Position numbers and translations under genes: made by a program
NCBI GenBank assembly: GCA_947258705.1
Contig: CAMYJA010000014.1
Location: 272-64,271 of the forward strand
Reading direction: 5' to 3'
Source: an uncultured Hyphomicrobiaceae bacterium
GTDB taxonomy: Bacteria; Pseudomonadota; Alphaproteobacteria; Rhizobiales; CAMYJA01
DNA: 64,000 bases
Notes under the pieces: model-generated
What the model was told of the DNA's origin: nothing
The model's input: only the letters and a program-made list of their open reading frames with translations
The model's database searches: none
Shown here: positions 46,689 through 57,337 of the stretch, in pieces
Position numbering within the stretch: position 1 is the stretch's first letter
How the letters are laid out: each line of letters begins with the position of its first letter

Positions 46689-47102
46689 ATGAACGAATTA
46701 TTTGAAGCGAAATCAAAACCACTCCTGGGCGCGCTCAACAGGACGCGCCTGGTTTTTGTGCGCGACCTCGAGCTTTCGACACATGTCGGCGTGCACGATC
46801 ATGAAAAGGCCAACGCCCAGCGCATCGTGGTGAATGCAGAGCTCAGGGTTCTGGACGAGATGGACGACATTGACGACCAGCTTGAGAATGTCATCTGCTA
46901 TGGCGGCGTGATTGAACAGATCAAGGACGTCTGCGCCACGGGGCATGTCAATCTTCTTGAGACATTGGCAGAAAACATCACCACGCGCGCGCTTGAAAAC
47001 CCGCGTATTCTCTCAATGCGCGTTTCAATAGAAAAACCCGATGTATTCGACGATTGCGGTGCGGTCGGTGTCGTGATCGAGCGCCTGCAGAGATCCCTCT
47101 GA
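46689..47102 (+). CDS. folB: dihydroneopterin aldolase family protein
   Basis: VFVRDLELSTHVGVHDHEKANAQRIVVNAEL fits the FolB fold family. The ATG at 46689 was chosen over the GTG at 46680. Confidence 0.75.
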   Translation: MNELFEAKSKPLLGALNRTRLVFVRDLELSTHVGVHDHEKANAQRIVVNAELRVLDEMDDIDDQLENVICYGGVIEQIKDVCATGHVNLLETLAENITTRALENPRILSMRVSIEKPDVFDDCGAVGVVIERLQRSL

Positions 47103-47316
47103 AATTCACCGCTATATCTGTCGCCTTGAAACGCCGCGCGATTTGCCGCGTTTCAACGCCGTGCGACTTGTCCCGGCCCGGTTTCCGTGCCTCATACAAT
47201 CGCCTGCCGCAGCGGAAATGAGCCCGGCAAGGGGCGGATATCGGGCCGATTTTTCATGTTTGGCGCGACGTTTCGAACGGTCCAATCGCGGAACATGTTT
47301 TTACCTCCGGTTAGTT

Positions 47317-47332
47317 TTAATTCTTACTTAAC
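47317..47332. promoter_or_regulatory. perfect CtrA-box consensus TTAA-N7-TTAAC
   Basis: TTAATTCTTACTTAAC lies about 140 bp upstream of the start of gene 47474..48634. Confidence 0.4.
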
Positions 47333-47473
47333 CGTGTTCGTCAAATTCCTGACAAAACATTCAAGAATATTAAAGCATTAGCGGCAATCTGGCTTGCACG
47401 TACGCGGCGCGTCGGACATTGCCACAAATTCTGCCGGGCTCGCGCGTCAATAAATGTAAGGAATGTTAGTATA

Positions 47474-48634
47474 ATGCGTAGTAAACTTCTCATCCGTTCT
47501 CTGTTTGCGGGCGCCTCAATCGTCATGATTTCTGCAGGCACCGCCTTTGCCGCAAAAACCCCCGATATCAGAGTATCGGCCACAAATCAGGTGCCGGCAT
47601 GCGTGACCCCCGGGCGCCTTATGGAATTTGTCAAGACGCGCAACAAGCGTCTCGCAAGCAAATTCAAAGATACGGCAGCCTATTATCAGCTCCATGGCAA
47701 CAATCTCGGCATTCGCTGGGACTATGCTTTTTTTCAGATGCTGGTCGAGACCAATTATCTGAAATTTCGTGCGCCGAACGGTCGCATGGGCGACGTGAAA
47801 CCGCATCAGAACAATTTTGCCGGTCTTGGCGCCACGGGCGGCGGTGTCGCCGGTGACAGATTCGATACCATCAGCGACGGTATTCTGGGTCATCTCCAGC
47901 ACATTCAAATGTATTCCGGGCACCGGGTTGCCAATCCGGTTTCCGACCGGACACGCAAAATTCAGGAATGGAATCTCATCCTGCCATGGGCCCAGGCGTT
48001 CGGGCGTGAAGTCACATTCACGGATCTCACGACGAAATGGTCGCCGGGCGATCGCGGATACTCCAACGACATCGAATATACCGCGCGTAAATTCCGCAGC
48101 CTCTATTGCGGCGGCCCGGACCGCATTCAGACGGCTCAGGCACCGGCAACATCGAAGCCGGCAACTCAGGCCGTCGCAGCAGCGTCCAATAACGAACCGG
48201 CTCGAACCCAGGATGTCGCGTTCACGGCCTCAACGATTTCCAAAGCCGGTCTGGACTTGAAAGCGGACGAGAAAAAAGTCGAAAAGCTGGCTGAGAAAAA
48301 AGTGGTGGCCAAGGATAAAATGAAAACCGCCGCCAAATCGGGCGACGCTTTGAGCAGTGCTGCTTCCGATGAAACGGCCAGGATTCCCGGAACCGATATC
48401 GCGGCCAAATGCGCGGTCTGGACGGCCAGCTATGGCGGCGGAAAATCTCTCCTGATCCGTTCCACGGCCCGCGGCATGGTCAACTACACCGCTCTGGTTG
48501 TCCATAAAGGTCAGGAATCGCGCGAAGCCGAAGCCTATATCAAGGCCTGGGCCAAGGGCGGCAAGGCCATTGGCGAGTACGGCTCAAGCGACAAGGCGCT
48601 CGCCCGGGCTTATGAGCTTTGCCCGCAAAGCTGA
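47474..48634 (+). CDS. secreted protein with glucosaminidase-like (peptidoglycan hydrolase) N-terminal domain
   Basis: Signal peptide. FFQMLVETNYLKF...QNNFAGLGATG resembles the catalytic Glu and NNxFG motifs of the glucosaminidase family. Low-complexity middle and a Cys-containing C-terminal domain. Confidence 0.55.
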   Translation: MRSKLLIRSLFAGASIVMISAGTAFAAKTPDIRVSATNQVPACVTPGRLMEFVKTRNKRLASKFKDTAAYYQLHGNNLGIRWDYAFFQMLVETNYLKFRAPNGRMGDVKPHQNNFAGLGATGGGVAGDRFDTISDGILGHLQHIQMYSGHRVANPVSDRTRKIQEWNLILPWAQAFGREVTFTDLTTKWSPGDRGYSNDIEYTARKFRSLYCGGPDRIQTAQAPATSKPATQAVAAASNNEPARTQDVAFTASTISKAGLDLKADEKKVEKLAEKKVVAKDKMKTAAKSGDALSSAASDETARIPGTDIAAKCAVWTASYGGGKSLLIRSTARGMVNYTALVVHKGQESREAEAYIKAWAKGGKAIGEYGSSDKALARAYELCPQS

Positions 48635-48827
48635 CAACAACAACCATATTGAACTCCTCGGCGGGGCCTTCGGGTCCCGCTTTTTTTTGCGTGATGCAAA
48701 CCTGCCTTTAGACGGTGCGCCGCGACTCATCGCGGATCCGATCTCATTCTCGACTCATTTGCTCCCCATCTCTCAATCGTGTTCTGCGTGAGAGTTGAAA
48801 ATCCAATTATGGACGAGGCCGGCTATC

Positions 48828-49457
48828 ATGAAACACAGTTACGCATTTGCAGGAAATTCGCGGCGCGCTCCAAGGCGGTTCACTGCGATCCTCGCCCCCG
48901 CCTTCGCCCTCGGTCTCGCTCTCGGCATTCTCGTTTCTCCCGGTCCCGTCCAGTCCGCCTCCAGGACAGCGCCTGTCGATGTCTGCTACAATATGCTGGT
49001 CGTCCGGGTCATCGACGGGGACACGGTTTACGGCTATATCGATACATCCGACCCCGTGGTGGCAGTACGGGTCAATCTACGCCTGATCGGTATTGACGCG
49101 CCTGAGCGGAAATCGCGGGCGAAATGCGTTGCGGAGGCGCGCAAGGGCGAAGCCGCCCGCACTTATCTCAATTCCATCCTTAACCGGGCCATTTCAAACC
49201 GTTCGCGCCAGCTTGCGCGGGTGTGCCATATGAAACGCGCCAAATATGCGACGCGCCGTCTGGGACGTCTTGAAGTGCGCTTGCGCAATGGCTGGGTCGA
49301 CATGAACAAACTGCTTTTGAACAAAGGCTATGCCTTCCGCTATTCGGGCGGCAGTCGCGGCAATGCCTGGTGCGACTGCCTGCAAAAAGGGGATTGCCCG
49401 GCAGGCTATCATGACCGCAACCGGCGTGTGCGCTCTTATGGAGCGAAGAAGGGTTGA
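48828..49457 (+). CDS. secreted thermonuclease (SNase) family protein
   Basis: Signal peptide, VVRVIDGDTVYGYI and VNLRLIGIDAPE motifs. Start moved to ATG 48828. Confidence 0.8.
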   Translation: MKHSYAFAGNSRRAPRRFTAILAPAFALGLALGILVSPGPVQSASRTAPVDVCYNMLVVRVIDGDTVYGYIDTSDPVVAVRVNLRLIGIDAPERKSRAKCVAEARKGEAARTYLNSILNRAISNRSRQLARVCHMKRAKYATRRLGRLEVRLRNGWVDMNKLLLNKGYAFRYSGGSRGNAWCDCLQKGDCPAGYHDRNRRVRSYGAKKG

Positions 49458-49618
49458 GGGTGCTTTACGGCAAGGGATGAGAGATCCTCGTTATCCCCAC
49501 TGTCCGAGATGGGGCTGGCTTGCCGTTCAAATTCTCATTCCCGTCCGACATCTCCCTGCCCAAGTCGTGTGTTCAAACATCGGACTGAGATTGAAAAGTT
49601 CACGGGGAGGTTGGGTCT

Positions 49619-50302
49619 ATGGGGAACTCACAACGTAGTGCGACGGAACAGTTGATTGATCACGCGGTCGAGCAGTCGCACGGGACAGTGCGTCACACCG
49701 GCGGATTGCTGGCAACGATCATATCTGCTTTCGCACTTATTTTTTCCGGCTTCAGTTTTTATGAAACGGTTCTGAAGTCGCCGGATTTGGCAATTTTTGT
49801 TCCGCCGCGCATCGACTACACGGACCCGGATCGACCGGACAGCCCGTTTGAAGTTTTCATACTGCCATTGACACTCGCCAATGACGGCGCGCGATCGGGT
49901 ACGGTATTGTCGATCGATCTCGATGTGACTAATCCGCGCACAAATCAGACAAAGCGTTTTTACGCGGCCCATCTCGGGAGCTGGGGACAAACGCCTAAAA
50001 AGCCATTCTCTCCGGTTGCCCTTTCGGGAAAAGATTCGTTCTCCGAGGCGGTGCAATTCATCCCGAGAACGGACGAGAAAATTCCACGCATTCTGGATTT
50101 TGAAGCCGGCAATTACAAATTCAAATTGACGATCAATACCGCCACTACCGGTGGTGAGTTGCCATTTCTAAAGTCGAAGATCCGGCCACTTCATTTTGAT
50201 ATGCAGATCGGGAAGCTGAATTATTTCAATTTCCAGGGTACCGGCACGATGCCGATGTGGTCGAAGGATTACCGGCCACAAACAACAAAAAAGCCCGATT
50301 AA
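49619..50302 (+). CDS. hypothetical single-pass membrane protein with beta-rich ectodomain
   Basis: 227-aa ORF with one TM helix (LLATIISAFALIFSGFSFY). No motif recognised. Confidence 0.5.
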   Translation: MGNSQRSATEQLIDHAVEQSHGTVRHTGGLLATIISAFALIFSGFSFYETVLKSPDLAIFVPPRIDYTDPDRPDSPFEVFILPLTLANDGARSGTVLSIDLDVTNPRTNQTKRFYAAHLGSWGQTPKKPFSPVALSGKDSFSEAVQFIPRTDEKIPRILDFEAGNYKFKLTINTATTGGELPFLKSKIRPLHFDMQIGKLNYFNFQGTGTMPMWSKDYRPQTTKKPD

Positions 50303-50556
50303 CCGAGTGTAGAGAACATTCGATGTAGTCTGTATGCAAGCGCGTTTCACGCGCACAGGCCCCGTTTTGCGCTCTTCATTTCGACATTTTTGGTCATTAG
50401 CGTCAGATCGGGGACATGCAAACGCACTGATGAATGTGGCGAAAAGAACCATTGTCAGACCGATAGGAACAAATGGCTCTCTCGGGATAGCTCGCTTTGA
50501 CAGACCAGCACGGCCGATACAGTCGAACAGCCCGATATGAAAACAGGGGCGGATTG

Positions 50557-52044
50557 ATGCTTCAACGCCCGGCGCGCGTGTTTTTGCATCTGCTTGTCTG
50601 CGCCGGTTCAGCCGTGTTTTTCGCAACGTCACCGGTCAGTGTCGATGTCAAATCCATCTCGAATGTCGCGTCGGGCCTTGTCAATTCCACTTATCAAACC
50701 GTGCATCGCCTGCTGCCTCCCGACAATATCGCAGACAGGGAAGTTGTTCTCGATATTGTGCCGCGAAAGCTCCATGGGGGCGATCGTTCAGTGCCCGAAC
50801 GAAAGAGCGCTCATCTACATACCGGTCCCGTGGGCCGGACCGCCGTACCGCACGCAGATGACGACATTGCACAGCTCGAAGAATATGACCGCGACGGACT
50901 GGATCAGCTTATCGCGGACAGCCATGATTGGGACGCGGAAATCGAGTTCATCGTGCCGAAACCGGTGCGGGTGGTCCGTCCCCGCCGGCCTGTGGCGCCT
51001 ACGGAACGCCTCACCCGGCGTCTCGACAAGCCACTGATTGTACCGACGCCGAAACGGGCCGAAAATCGACGGCGCCCCGGGGGCACACCCGCCCTGCCTC
51101 CGAAACTTTTGCAAACGGAACTGGTCGCTTTCAACAATTCGCCTTTTCCCTATAGCGGCACCGTTCCCGGCACGAAACGGCGATTTCTGAATGCTGAAAA
51201 AGACGGCGCTCCCGCCCACAGAACACGACGCGGCCGCCTTTATTCGGCCGCGGCAACATATAGCGAGCGCCGGTCGCTGCTCCATGTTCCCAAGGGATTC
51301 AATCCCGATGCGCCCGGTGTCATGGTGGTCTTTTTTCACGGGCATGGCGCGAAATTGACGCGGGACATCTGGAAGCGCCAACGACTGCCCGATCAGATTT
51401 CGGAATCGGGAATGAACGCCGTTCTCGTGGCGCCGCAATTCGCGGTCAATGCACGCGATTCAAGCATTGGAAATTTCTGGAAACCGGGGGCGCTGCGCGA
51501 TTATCTGCATGAAGCATCCGAACATCTGGCCCATATGATCGGACGGCCGGACAAGGTCAGGATCTTCGACGAGCTTCCCGTCGTGCTTGTCGGTTATAGC
51601 GGCGGGTATCTGCCAGCTGCATGGGGCGTCGCCCAGGGTGGGATTAACGAACGCCTCGCCGGTGTCGTTCTGCTCGATGCGCTGTATGGCCATATCCGAA
51701 CGTTTTCGAAATGGATCGAGCGCAATCCATCGACATTTTTTGTCAGCGCCTATGCGCGGTCAACGCGGCGCGGCAACAAGCGTCTAATGGAAATCCTTGC
51801 TGCAAAGAACAGGCCTTACCGCACGGAGCTCGGTGGCGAAATTCGGCCGGGAAGCAAAATTTTTATATCATCTCCGGTCCGGCACAGGAGCTTTGTGACC
51901 AGGGCCTGGCGCACTTATCCAGTCGCGGATATCGTGCGCCGTATTCCCGGTGTTGCCCGTCAGAACCCGATGGTACAGCAGCACGGACCGAGATCCGGTC
52001 CCCGGATCTCGGCCCGGACGGATTTCACCGGCCAGGTTCGGTGA
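50557..52044 (+). CDS. secreted/anchored alpha/beta-hydrolase-like protein
   Basis: N-terminal hydrophobic segment. The C-terminal half has VVFFHGHGA and a nucleophile-elbow-like VGYSGGY. Start at ATG 50557 is uncertain. Confidence 0.5.
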   Translation: MLQRPARVFLHLLVCAGSAVFFATSPVSVDVKSISNVASGLVNSTYQTVHRLLPPDNIADREVVLDIVPRKLHGGDRSVPERKSAHLHTGPVGRTAVPHADDDIAQLEEYDRDGLDQLIADSHDWDAEIEFIVPKPVRVVRPRRPVAPTERLTRRLDKPLIVPTPKRAENRRRPGGTPALPPKLLQTELVAFNNSPFPYSGTVPGTKRRFLNAEKDGAPAHRTRRGRLYSAAATYSERRSLLHVPKGFNPDAPGVMVVFFHGHGAKLTRDIWKRQRLPDQISESGMNAVLVAPQFAVNARDSSIGNFWKPGALRDYLHEASEHLAHMIGRPDKVRIFDELPVVLVGYSGGYLPAAWGVAQGGINERLAGVVLLDALYGHIRTFSKWIERNPSTFFVSAYARSTRRGNKRLMEILAAKNRPYRTELGGEIRPGSKIFISSPVRHRSFVTRAWRTYPVADIVRRIPGVARQNPMVQQHGPRSGPRISARTDFTGQVR

Positions 52045-52232
52045 GCCGTTCGATCGCCTTGAAACGCGGCCGCGATGAGCGGTCACTTCCAAACTGTTTT
52101 GAATTTCTGGAGTATGTCGCGCCAGGGCAATGGGACTTAACCTATTGCCGCCTTTCCCCTTGCAATAATTTATAAGAGCAAGCTAGATGGTTGACTAAAA
52201 AAAATGGTTTGTCAGAAGGTCGATTAGTAGGG

Positions 52233-53585
52233 ATGTCCGAGGGATCAGGTTCGAGTAGTCGGGTAAAACTGGGTATTACCACCTTTACGGCAACGTCAAT
52301 TGCCGTTGCGGATATGGTCGGGATTGGCGTCTTCACAAGCCTCGGCTTTCAGGTTGCCGATATACAATCCGGATTTTCACTCATCTTACTCTGGGTGGCC
52401 GGTGGTATCGTCGCCTTGTGCGGTGCTCTTTGCTATGGCGAACTGGCGACCGCCCTGCCTCGATCAGGGGGCGAATATAATTTTCTTTCGCGCATTTACG
52501 ATCCTTCCATCGGCTTTATGGCGGGGTGGCTGTCGGCAACCGTCGGCTTCGCCGCACCCATTGCCCTCGCCGCGATGGCGTTTGGCGCCTATTTCAAGGG
52601 CGTCTTTCCAGACGGTCCCTCGCAATTGACTCTGGCAATGGGCGTCTCCTGGGCGGTCGCCATTATCCACCTGGCAGGCCTCAGGCTATCGAGTGCGTTT
52701 CACAATATCTCTACAATCTTCAAGGTCGTGCTGATTTTGGCCTTCATCGTTGCGGGATTCGCGTTCGGTACCCCGCAGCCGATTTCGTTCATGCCGCATA
52801 CGGTCGATCTGGGGCATATAACAGGCGCCCCCTTTGCCATCTCTCTCGTCTTCGTTATGTATTCCTATTCCGGCTGGAACGCATCGACATATATTGTCGG
52901 CGAGATGAAAACTCCGCAAATCAGCGCACCACGTTCGCTGTTCGCCGCGACGTTAATCGTTCTATTGCTTTATGTCGGGCTGAATGCGGTTTTTCTCTAC
53001 ACGACGCCGATCGACAAGATGGCGGGCCAGCTTGAAGTCGCTCTCGTGGTCGGCAAACATGTCTTTGGCGATACCGGCGGACGCATTGTCGGCGGGCTGA
53101 TATGTTTCGGCCTGATCTCGGCGATCAGCGCAATGTTCTGGATCGGGCCAAGGGTTACGAAAGTCATGGGCGAAGATCTGGTTGCGCTGAGATTTTTCTC
53201 CAACACAACCGAGGGCGGCGTACCCGTTGCGGCCATTGTTCTTCAGCTCGCCATCGTGACATTGATGATCCTGACACAGAGTTTTGAAAGTGTTTTGGAA
53301 TTCATTCAATTCAGCCTGACCCTGTCGTCGTTTCTGGCGGTGCTCGGGGTGATTGTCCTGCGCATCAGACAACCCGATCTCGAGCGGCCCTACCGGACAT
53401 GGGGATATCCTGTGACGCCCCTGATATTTCTCGCCATTACATTGTTTATGCTGGTTTATCTCCTGATAGAACGGCCCATGGAGTCGCTTGCCGGTCTGGC
53501 GCTTTTGCTCACCGGCCTGGTCGTATACGCCATATCCACCACTACCAAATACGAGACATCAACCGTTCCGGATGGGGATAGATAG
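52233..53585 (+). CDS. APC-superfamily amino acid permease
   Basis: About 12 TM helices and an N-terminal AVADMVGIGVFTSLGF pattern. The start could be 52191 (TTG). Confidence 0.85.
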   Translation: MSEGSGSSSRVKLGITTFTATSIAVADMVGIGVFTSLGFQVADIQSGFSLILLWVAGGIVALCGALCYGELATALPRSGGEYNFLSRIYDPSIGFMAGWLSATVGFAAPIALAAMAFGAYFKGVFPDGPSQLTLAMGVSWAVAIIHLAGLRLSSAFHNISTIFKVVLILAFIVAGFAFGTPQPISFMPHTVDLGHITGAPFAISLVFVMYSYSGWNASTYIVGEMKTPQISAPRSLFAATLIVLLLYVGLNAVFLYTTPIDKMAGQLEVALVVGKHVFGDTGGRIVGGLICFGLISAISAMFWIGPRVTKVMGEDLVALRFFSNTTEGGVPVAAIVLQLAIVTLMILTQSFESVLEFIQFSLTLSSFLAVLGVIVLRIRQPDLERPYRTWGYPVTPLIFLAITLFMLVYLLIERPMESLAGLALLLTGLVVYAISTTTKYETSTVPDGDR

Positions 53586-53586
53586 A

Positions 53587-54729
53587 ATGAAACCGATATC
53601 GCGTCACAATTTTACCCGCGGCATTGCCCTCGGCCTGGCGGCCGCAGCCGCTACCGTCGCCATTTCGATAGCACCTGCCGGGGCGGCGGAACGCGCCAGT
53701 CATGCCGATACGGCACGCTATCTTGCCGGATTGGAATTGCCGGATTCCTCGCCGGTGAGCCGACTGACGAAAAGGCGGAGCTGGCAGGCGCATGCAAAAA
53801 GTTTCGACCGGGCATGGACATCAATCGACAAGCGTCAGCTTTCAAAAATCCGGACCTGGACGAAGGAGCATCTGCCAAATCCGCAAAAGACCGTGCTCTA
53901 TATGTTCAGCGGTCCCGATTTTCTCTACGCAAACGCGTTTTTTCCCGATGCCTCGACTTATGTCTTGTCCGCTCTCGAACCGGTCGGTGTCGAGCCCGAC
54001 ATTATGAATATGTCGCCCGGCGCCCTTTCGACCGGCCTGGTTCGCCTGCGTTCGTCGCTGAATAACGTCCTGCGTTTGAGTTTCTTTATCACCAAGGACA
54101 TGCGGTCGAAGCTGAAAGGCGGCGGCTTCAGGGGAACGCTGCCGGTGCTTTATGTGTTTCTGGCGCGTGCCGGCAAGGTTGTCGAAGATTTGAGCTACGT
54201 CAATCTCACGCCGGAAGGGGAGCTTGAAACGCTGACCGGAAAAGACGCCCGCCGCGCCACCGGCGTCAAGATTACATTCTCGGGCGAGAATCAGGAGGGT
54301 TTGCGGACTCTTTATTACTTTAAGACCAATATTTCGGATTACGGCATCAAGAAGAGTGGATTCCTGGAATTTTGCGCCAAACTCGGTCCCGCAGACAGCT
54401 TTATCAAAAGCGCCTCCTATCTTCCGCATAAATCGCATTTCTCGAAGGTCCGCAATTTACTGCTCAATCAAAGCGAACGCATTGTTCAGGACGACACAGG
54501 CATTCCTTTGAAATTTTTCAACAGGGACACATGGAAACTTGAACCGTTCGGACGCTATGTCCGGCCGATTTCCATCTTTTCCGGTCGCTACCAATCCGGC
54601 ATGGCCAAACTCTTTCGGAGCAAGGCGAGAAAACCGATCAATTTCGGTCTCGGCTATCATATTGGCGCGGGCAGAACGAGTGTGCTGGTGGCGAGCAGGA
54701 AAACACCGAAAGTGAACGCAACCGATTGA
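53587..54729 (+). CDS. secreted conserved hypothetical protein
   Basis: ATG 53587 lies 1 nt after the permease stop. Signal peptide ends APAGA. Block LYMFSGPDFLYANAFFP. No function known to me. Confidence 0.6.
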   Translation: MKPISRHNFTRGIALGLAAAAATVAISIAPAGAAERASHADTARYLAGLELPDSSPVSRLTKRRSWQAHAKSFDRAWTSIDKRQLSKIRTWTKEHLPNPQKTVLYMFSGPDFLYANAFFPDASTYVLSALEPVGVEPDIMNMSPGALSTGLVRLRSSLNNVLRLSFFITKDMRSKLKGGGFRGTLPVLYVFLARAGKVVEDLSYVNLTPEGELETLTGKDARRATGVKITFSGENQEGLRTLYYFKTNISDYGIKKSGFLEFCAKLGPADSFIKSASYLPHKSHFSKVRNLLLNQSERIVQDDTGIPLKFFNRDTWKLEPFGRYVRPISIFSGRYQSGMAKLFRSKARKPINFGLGYHIGAGRTSVLVASRKTPKVNATD

Positions 54730-55148
54730 GTTCGACTGACAGAACGCGCCCGGCGTTTCTATCCAATGAGCAAGGTCGTGCCGCTGTGACCTACGAAGAG
54801 TATAACGATTTTTGCAAAGCGCTTCCGGCAACCACGCATGTCGTGCAATGGGGCGGCGCGCATGTCTGGAAAGTTGGTGGAAAAGTTTTCGCCATTGGCG
54901 GCTGGGGCGATGGCGACACGCGGATTACGTTCAAGGTCTCCGATATTGCCTATGAAATGCTCAGGGATCAGCCAGGCTTGCGCCCTGCCCCCTATCTCGC
55001 TTCGCGCGGCATGAAATGGATCCAGCACTATGAAGCGCCGGGGCTCAGCGATGACGACCTCAAGGACTATATACGCCAGTCCCATCGCATCGTATCGCTT
55101 GGCCTGACCAAGAAAAAGCAAAAGGAACTCGGGCTTAATCAGGAGTAA
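54726..55148 (+). CDS. MmcQ/YjbR-family protein
   Basis: YEEYNDFCKALPATTHVVQWGGAHVWKVGGKVFAI fits the YjbR fold family. The likely real start is GTG 54786, giving 120 aa. Confidence 0.7.
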   Translation: MSSTDRTRPAFLSNEQGRAAVTYEEYNDFCKALPATTHVVQWGGAHVWKVGGKVFAIGGWGDGDTRITFKVSDIAYEMLRDQPGLRPAPYLASRGMKWIQHYEAPGLSDDDLKDYIRQSHRIVSLGLTKKKQKELGLNQE

Positions 55149-55214
55149 TGGTTCTGTTTGTGCGCATTCGCAAGACGCTTGCGAAATGACGCTCCCAAAG
55201 GGCATATTAGCCCC

Positions 55215-57173
55215 ATGCCCTTGAAAGAACGTTCGAGCATTCCGGACAACAGCAAAACTCGCGAGGAGACCGCATCAGGCGACCATTCCGGCCGGGGGGT
55301 GCAGCTCATCGCCGAGATTTGCAAGACGCTGCCCAATAAACCCGGTGTCTACCGCATGATCGATGCGCGTGAAAGCGTGCTTTATGTCGGCAAGGCGCGC
55401 AGCCTCAAAAAACGCGTGCAAAGCTATTCCCGTCTCTCCGGGCATTCCAACCGCATTGCCCGCATGATCATGGCGACGGCGCGCATGGAGTTTATCACGA
55501 CCCGCACCGAGGCCGAAGCGCTGCTGCTCGAGGCCAATCTCATCAAACAGCTCAAGCCTCGGTATAATGTTCTGCTGAGGGACGATAAATCATTTCCCTA
55601 TATCCTCGTGACGAGCGACCATGAAGCGCCGCAGGTCGTCAAGCATCGCGGTGCGCGCAAGCGCAAGGGCAAATATTACGGTCCCTTTGCCTCGGCGGGG
55701 GCGGTGAACAGGACTATCGACACATTGCAGCGGGCTTTTCTCCTGCGTTCGTGCACCGATTCCGTATATCGCTCGCGCACGCGCCCATGTCTTCTTTATC
55801 AAATCAAGCGGTGCAGCGCGCCTTGCACCGGCGAAATTTCCATCACGGATTATCATCGGCTTGCGGAAGAGGCGCAGCGCTTTCTTACCGGGCAGTCGGG
55901 TGACATGAGAAAGGAGCTGCAGGCCAAAATGGAAGCCGCTTCGGAGGCGCTCGAATATGAGCTTGCCGCGCAATATCGCAACCGGCTCGCGGCCATGGCC
56001 CATGTTCAAAGCCATCAGGACATCAACACATCGCTCATCGGCGAAGCGGACATATTCGCAGCCCATATGGAGGGCGGGCAATGTTGTATTCAGGTGTTTT
56101 TCTTCAGGGCCGGTCAGAACTGGGGCAACAGGGCGTATTTTCCGCGTGCCGACAAAAGCCTGCCGGTCGAGGAGATTCTCGATGCGTTCATCGCCCAGTT
56201 TTATAACAACAAACCAATTCCCAAACATATCATGCTGTCGCATGCCGTGCCCAGTCAGGCGCTACTGGAGGAGGCGCTTCAGGAGCGTTCCGGGCACCGG
56301 GTCCATATCAGCGTTCCCAAGCGAGGGCAGAAAAAGAATATTGTCGCGCAGGCGATCCAGAATGCACGCGAGGCACTCGGGCGAAGACTGGCGGAGTCCG
56401 CTTCGCAAATGCGCCTCCTCAAGGGGCTGGCCGAAAAGTTCGACCTGCCCGATTTGCCGCAACGGATCGAGGTTTACGACAACAGTCACATTCAGGGCAG
56501 CTTTGCCGTCGGCGCGATGATTGTCGCGGGGCCCGACGGATTCATGAAAAGCCAGTACCGGAAATTCAACATCAAGGACACCGCTATCGAGCCCGGCGAC
56601 GATTTTGGAATGATGCGCGAAGTCATTCGCCGGCGGTTTGCGCGGCTCATCAAGGAGCATGGCGGCGCAATGCCTGACAGCCGAAACTGTCAGGAACGGG
56701 AAAGCCACGATCCGGGCTCGAACTCTCCCTGGCCGGATCTCCTCTTGATTGACGGCGGCAAAGGCCAGGTCTCGGCGACAATGAAGGCGCTGGATGAGCT
56801 GGGTATCGACCGGGTCAATGTCGTTGGCGTTGCGAAAGGACCGGACCGGGATGCGGGACGGGAGCATTTTCATCTGCCCACTGGCCGATCCTTTATGATG
56901 AAACCTCAGGACCAGGTGCTCTATTTCATTCAACGATTGCGCGATGAGGCACATCGCTTTGCCATCGGATCACATCGTGCCAAGCGCAAAAAGGCGATGC
57001 ATGAGAATCCGCTCGATGAAATCAAGGGCGTGGGGTCGGCGCGCAAGCGCGCCCTGCTCCAGCATTTCGGTTCTGCGAAAGCTGCGAGCCGGGCGGGTGT
57101 CGCGGACCTCTCTGCGGTGGAGGGTATCAGCACGCAACTCGCACAAAAAATTTATGATCATTTTCATGAATAA
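55215..57173 (+). CDS. uvrC: excinuclease ABC subunit C
   Basis: GIY-YIG N-terminus ([19 protein letters not shown]), UVR domain, and C-terminal endonuclease and HhH regions. Confidence 0.95.
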   Translation: MPLKERSSIPDNSKTREETASGDHSGRGVQLIAEICKTLPNKPGVYRMIDARESVLYVGKARSLKKRVQSYSRLSGHSNRIARMIMATARMEFITTRTEAEALLLEANLIKQLKPRYNVLLRDDKSFPYILVTSDHEAPQVVKHRGARKRKGKYYGPFASAGAVNRTIDTLQRAFLLRSCTDSVYRSRTRPCLLYQIKRCSAPCTGEISITDYHRLAEEAQRFLTGQSGDMRKELQAKMEAASEALEYELAAQYRNRLAAMAHVQSHQDINTSLIGEADIFAAHMEGGQCCIQVFFFRAGQNWGNRAYFPRADKSLPVEEILDAFIAQFYNNKPIPKHIMLSHAVPSQALLEEALQERSGHRVHISVPKRGQKKNIVAQAIQNAREALGRRLAESASQMRLLKGLAEKFDLPDLPQRIEVYDNSHIQGSFAVGAMIVAGPDGFMKSQYRKFNIKDTAIEPGDDFGMMREVIRRRFARLIKEHGGAMPDSRNCQERESHDPGSNSPWPDLLLIDGGKGQVSATMKALDELGIDRVNVVGVAKGPDRDAGREHFHLPTGRSFMMKPQDQVLYFIQRLRDEAHRFAIGSHRAKRKKAMHENPLDEIKGVGSARKRALLQHFGSAKAASRAGVADLSAVEGISTQLAQKIYDHFHE

Positions 57174-57337
57174 TCCATTATGATCGGAATTACGTATCGA
57201 GGCTGTCGATCGATATCATGCCCATCGATGTGGAACTTCCGTCATATAGTTTTTATCCATATCCTCTAAACCGATGAGCACCGCTAAAGCGATCAGCAAT
57301 CTTGACCTGTAAGTTCACACGTGTAGTAAACAGAGCT

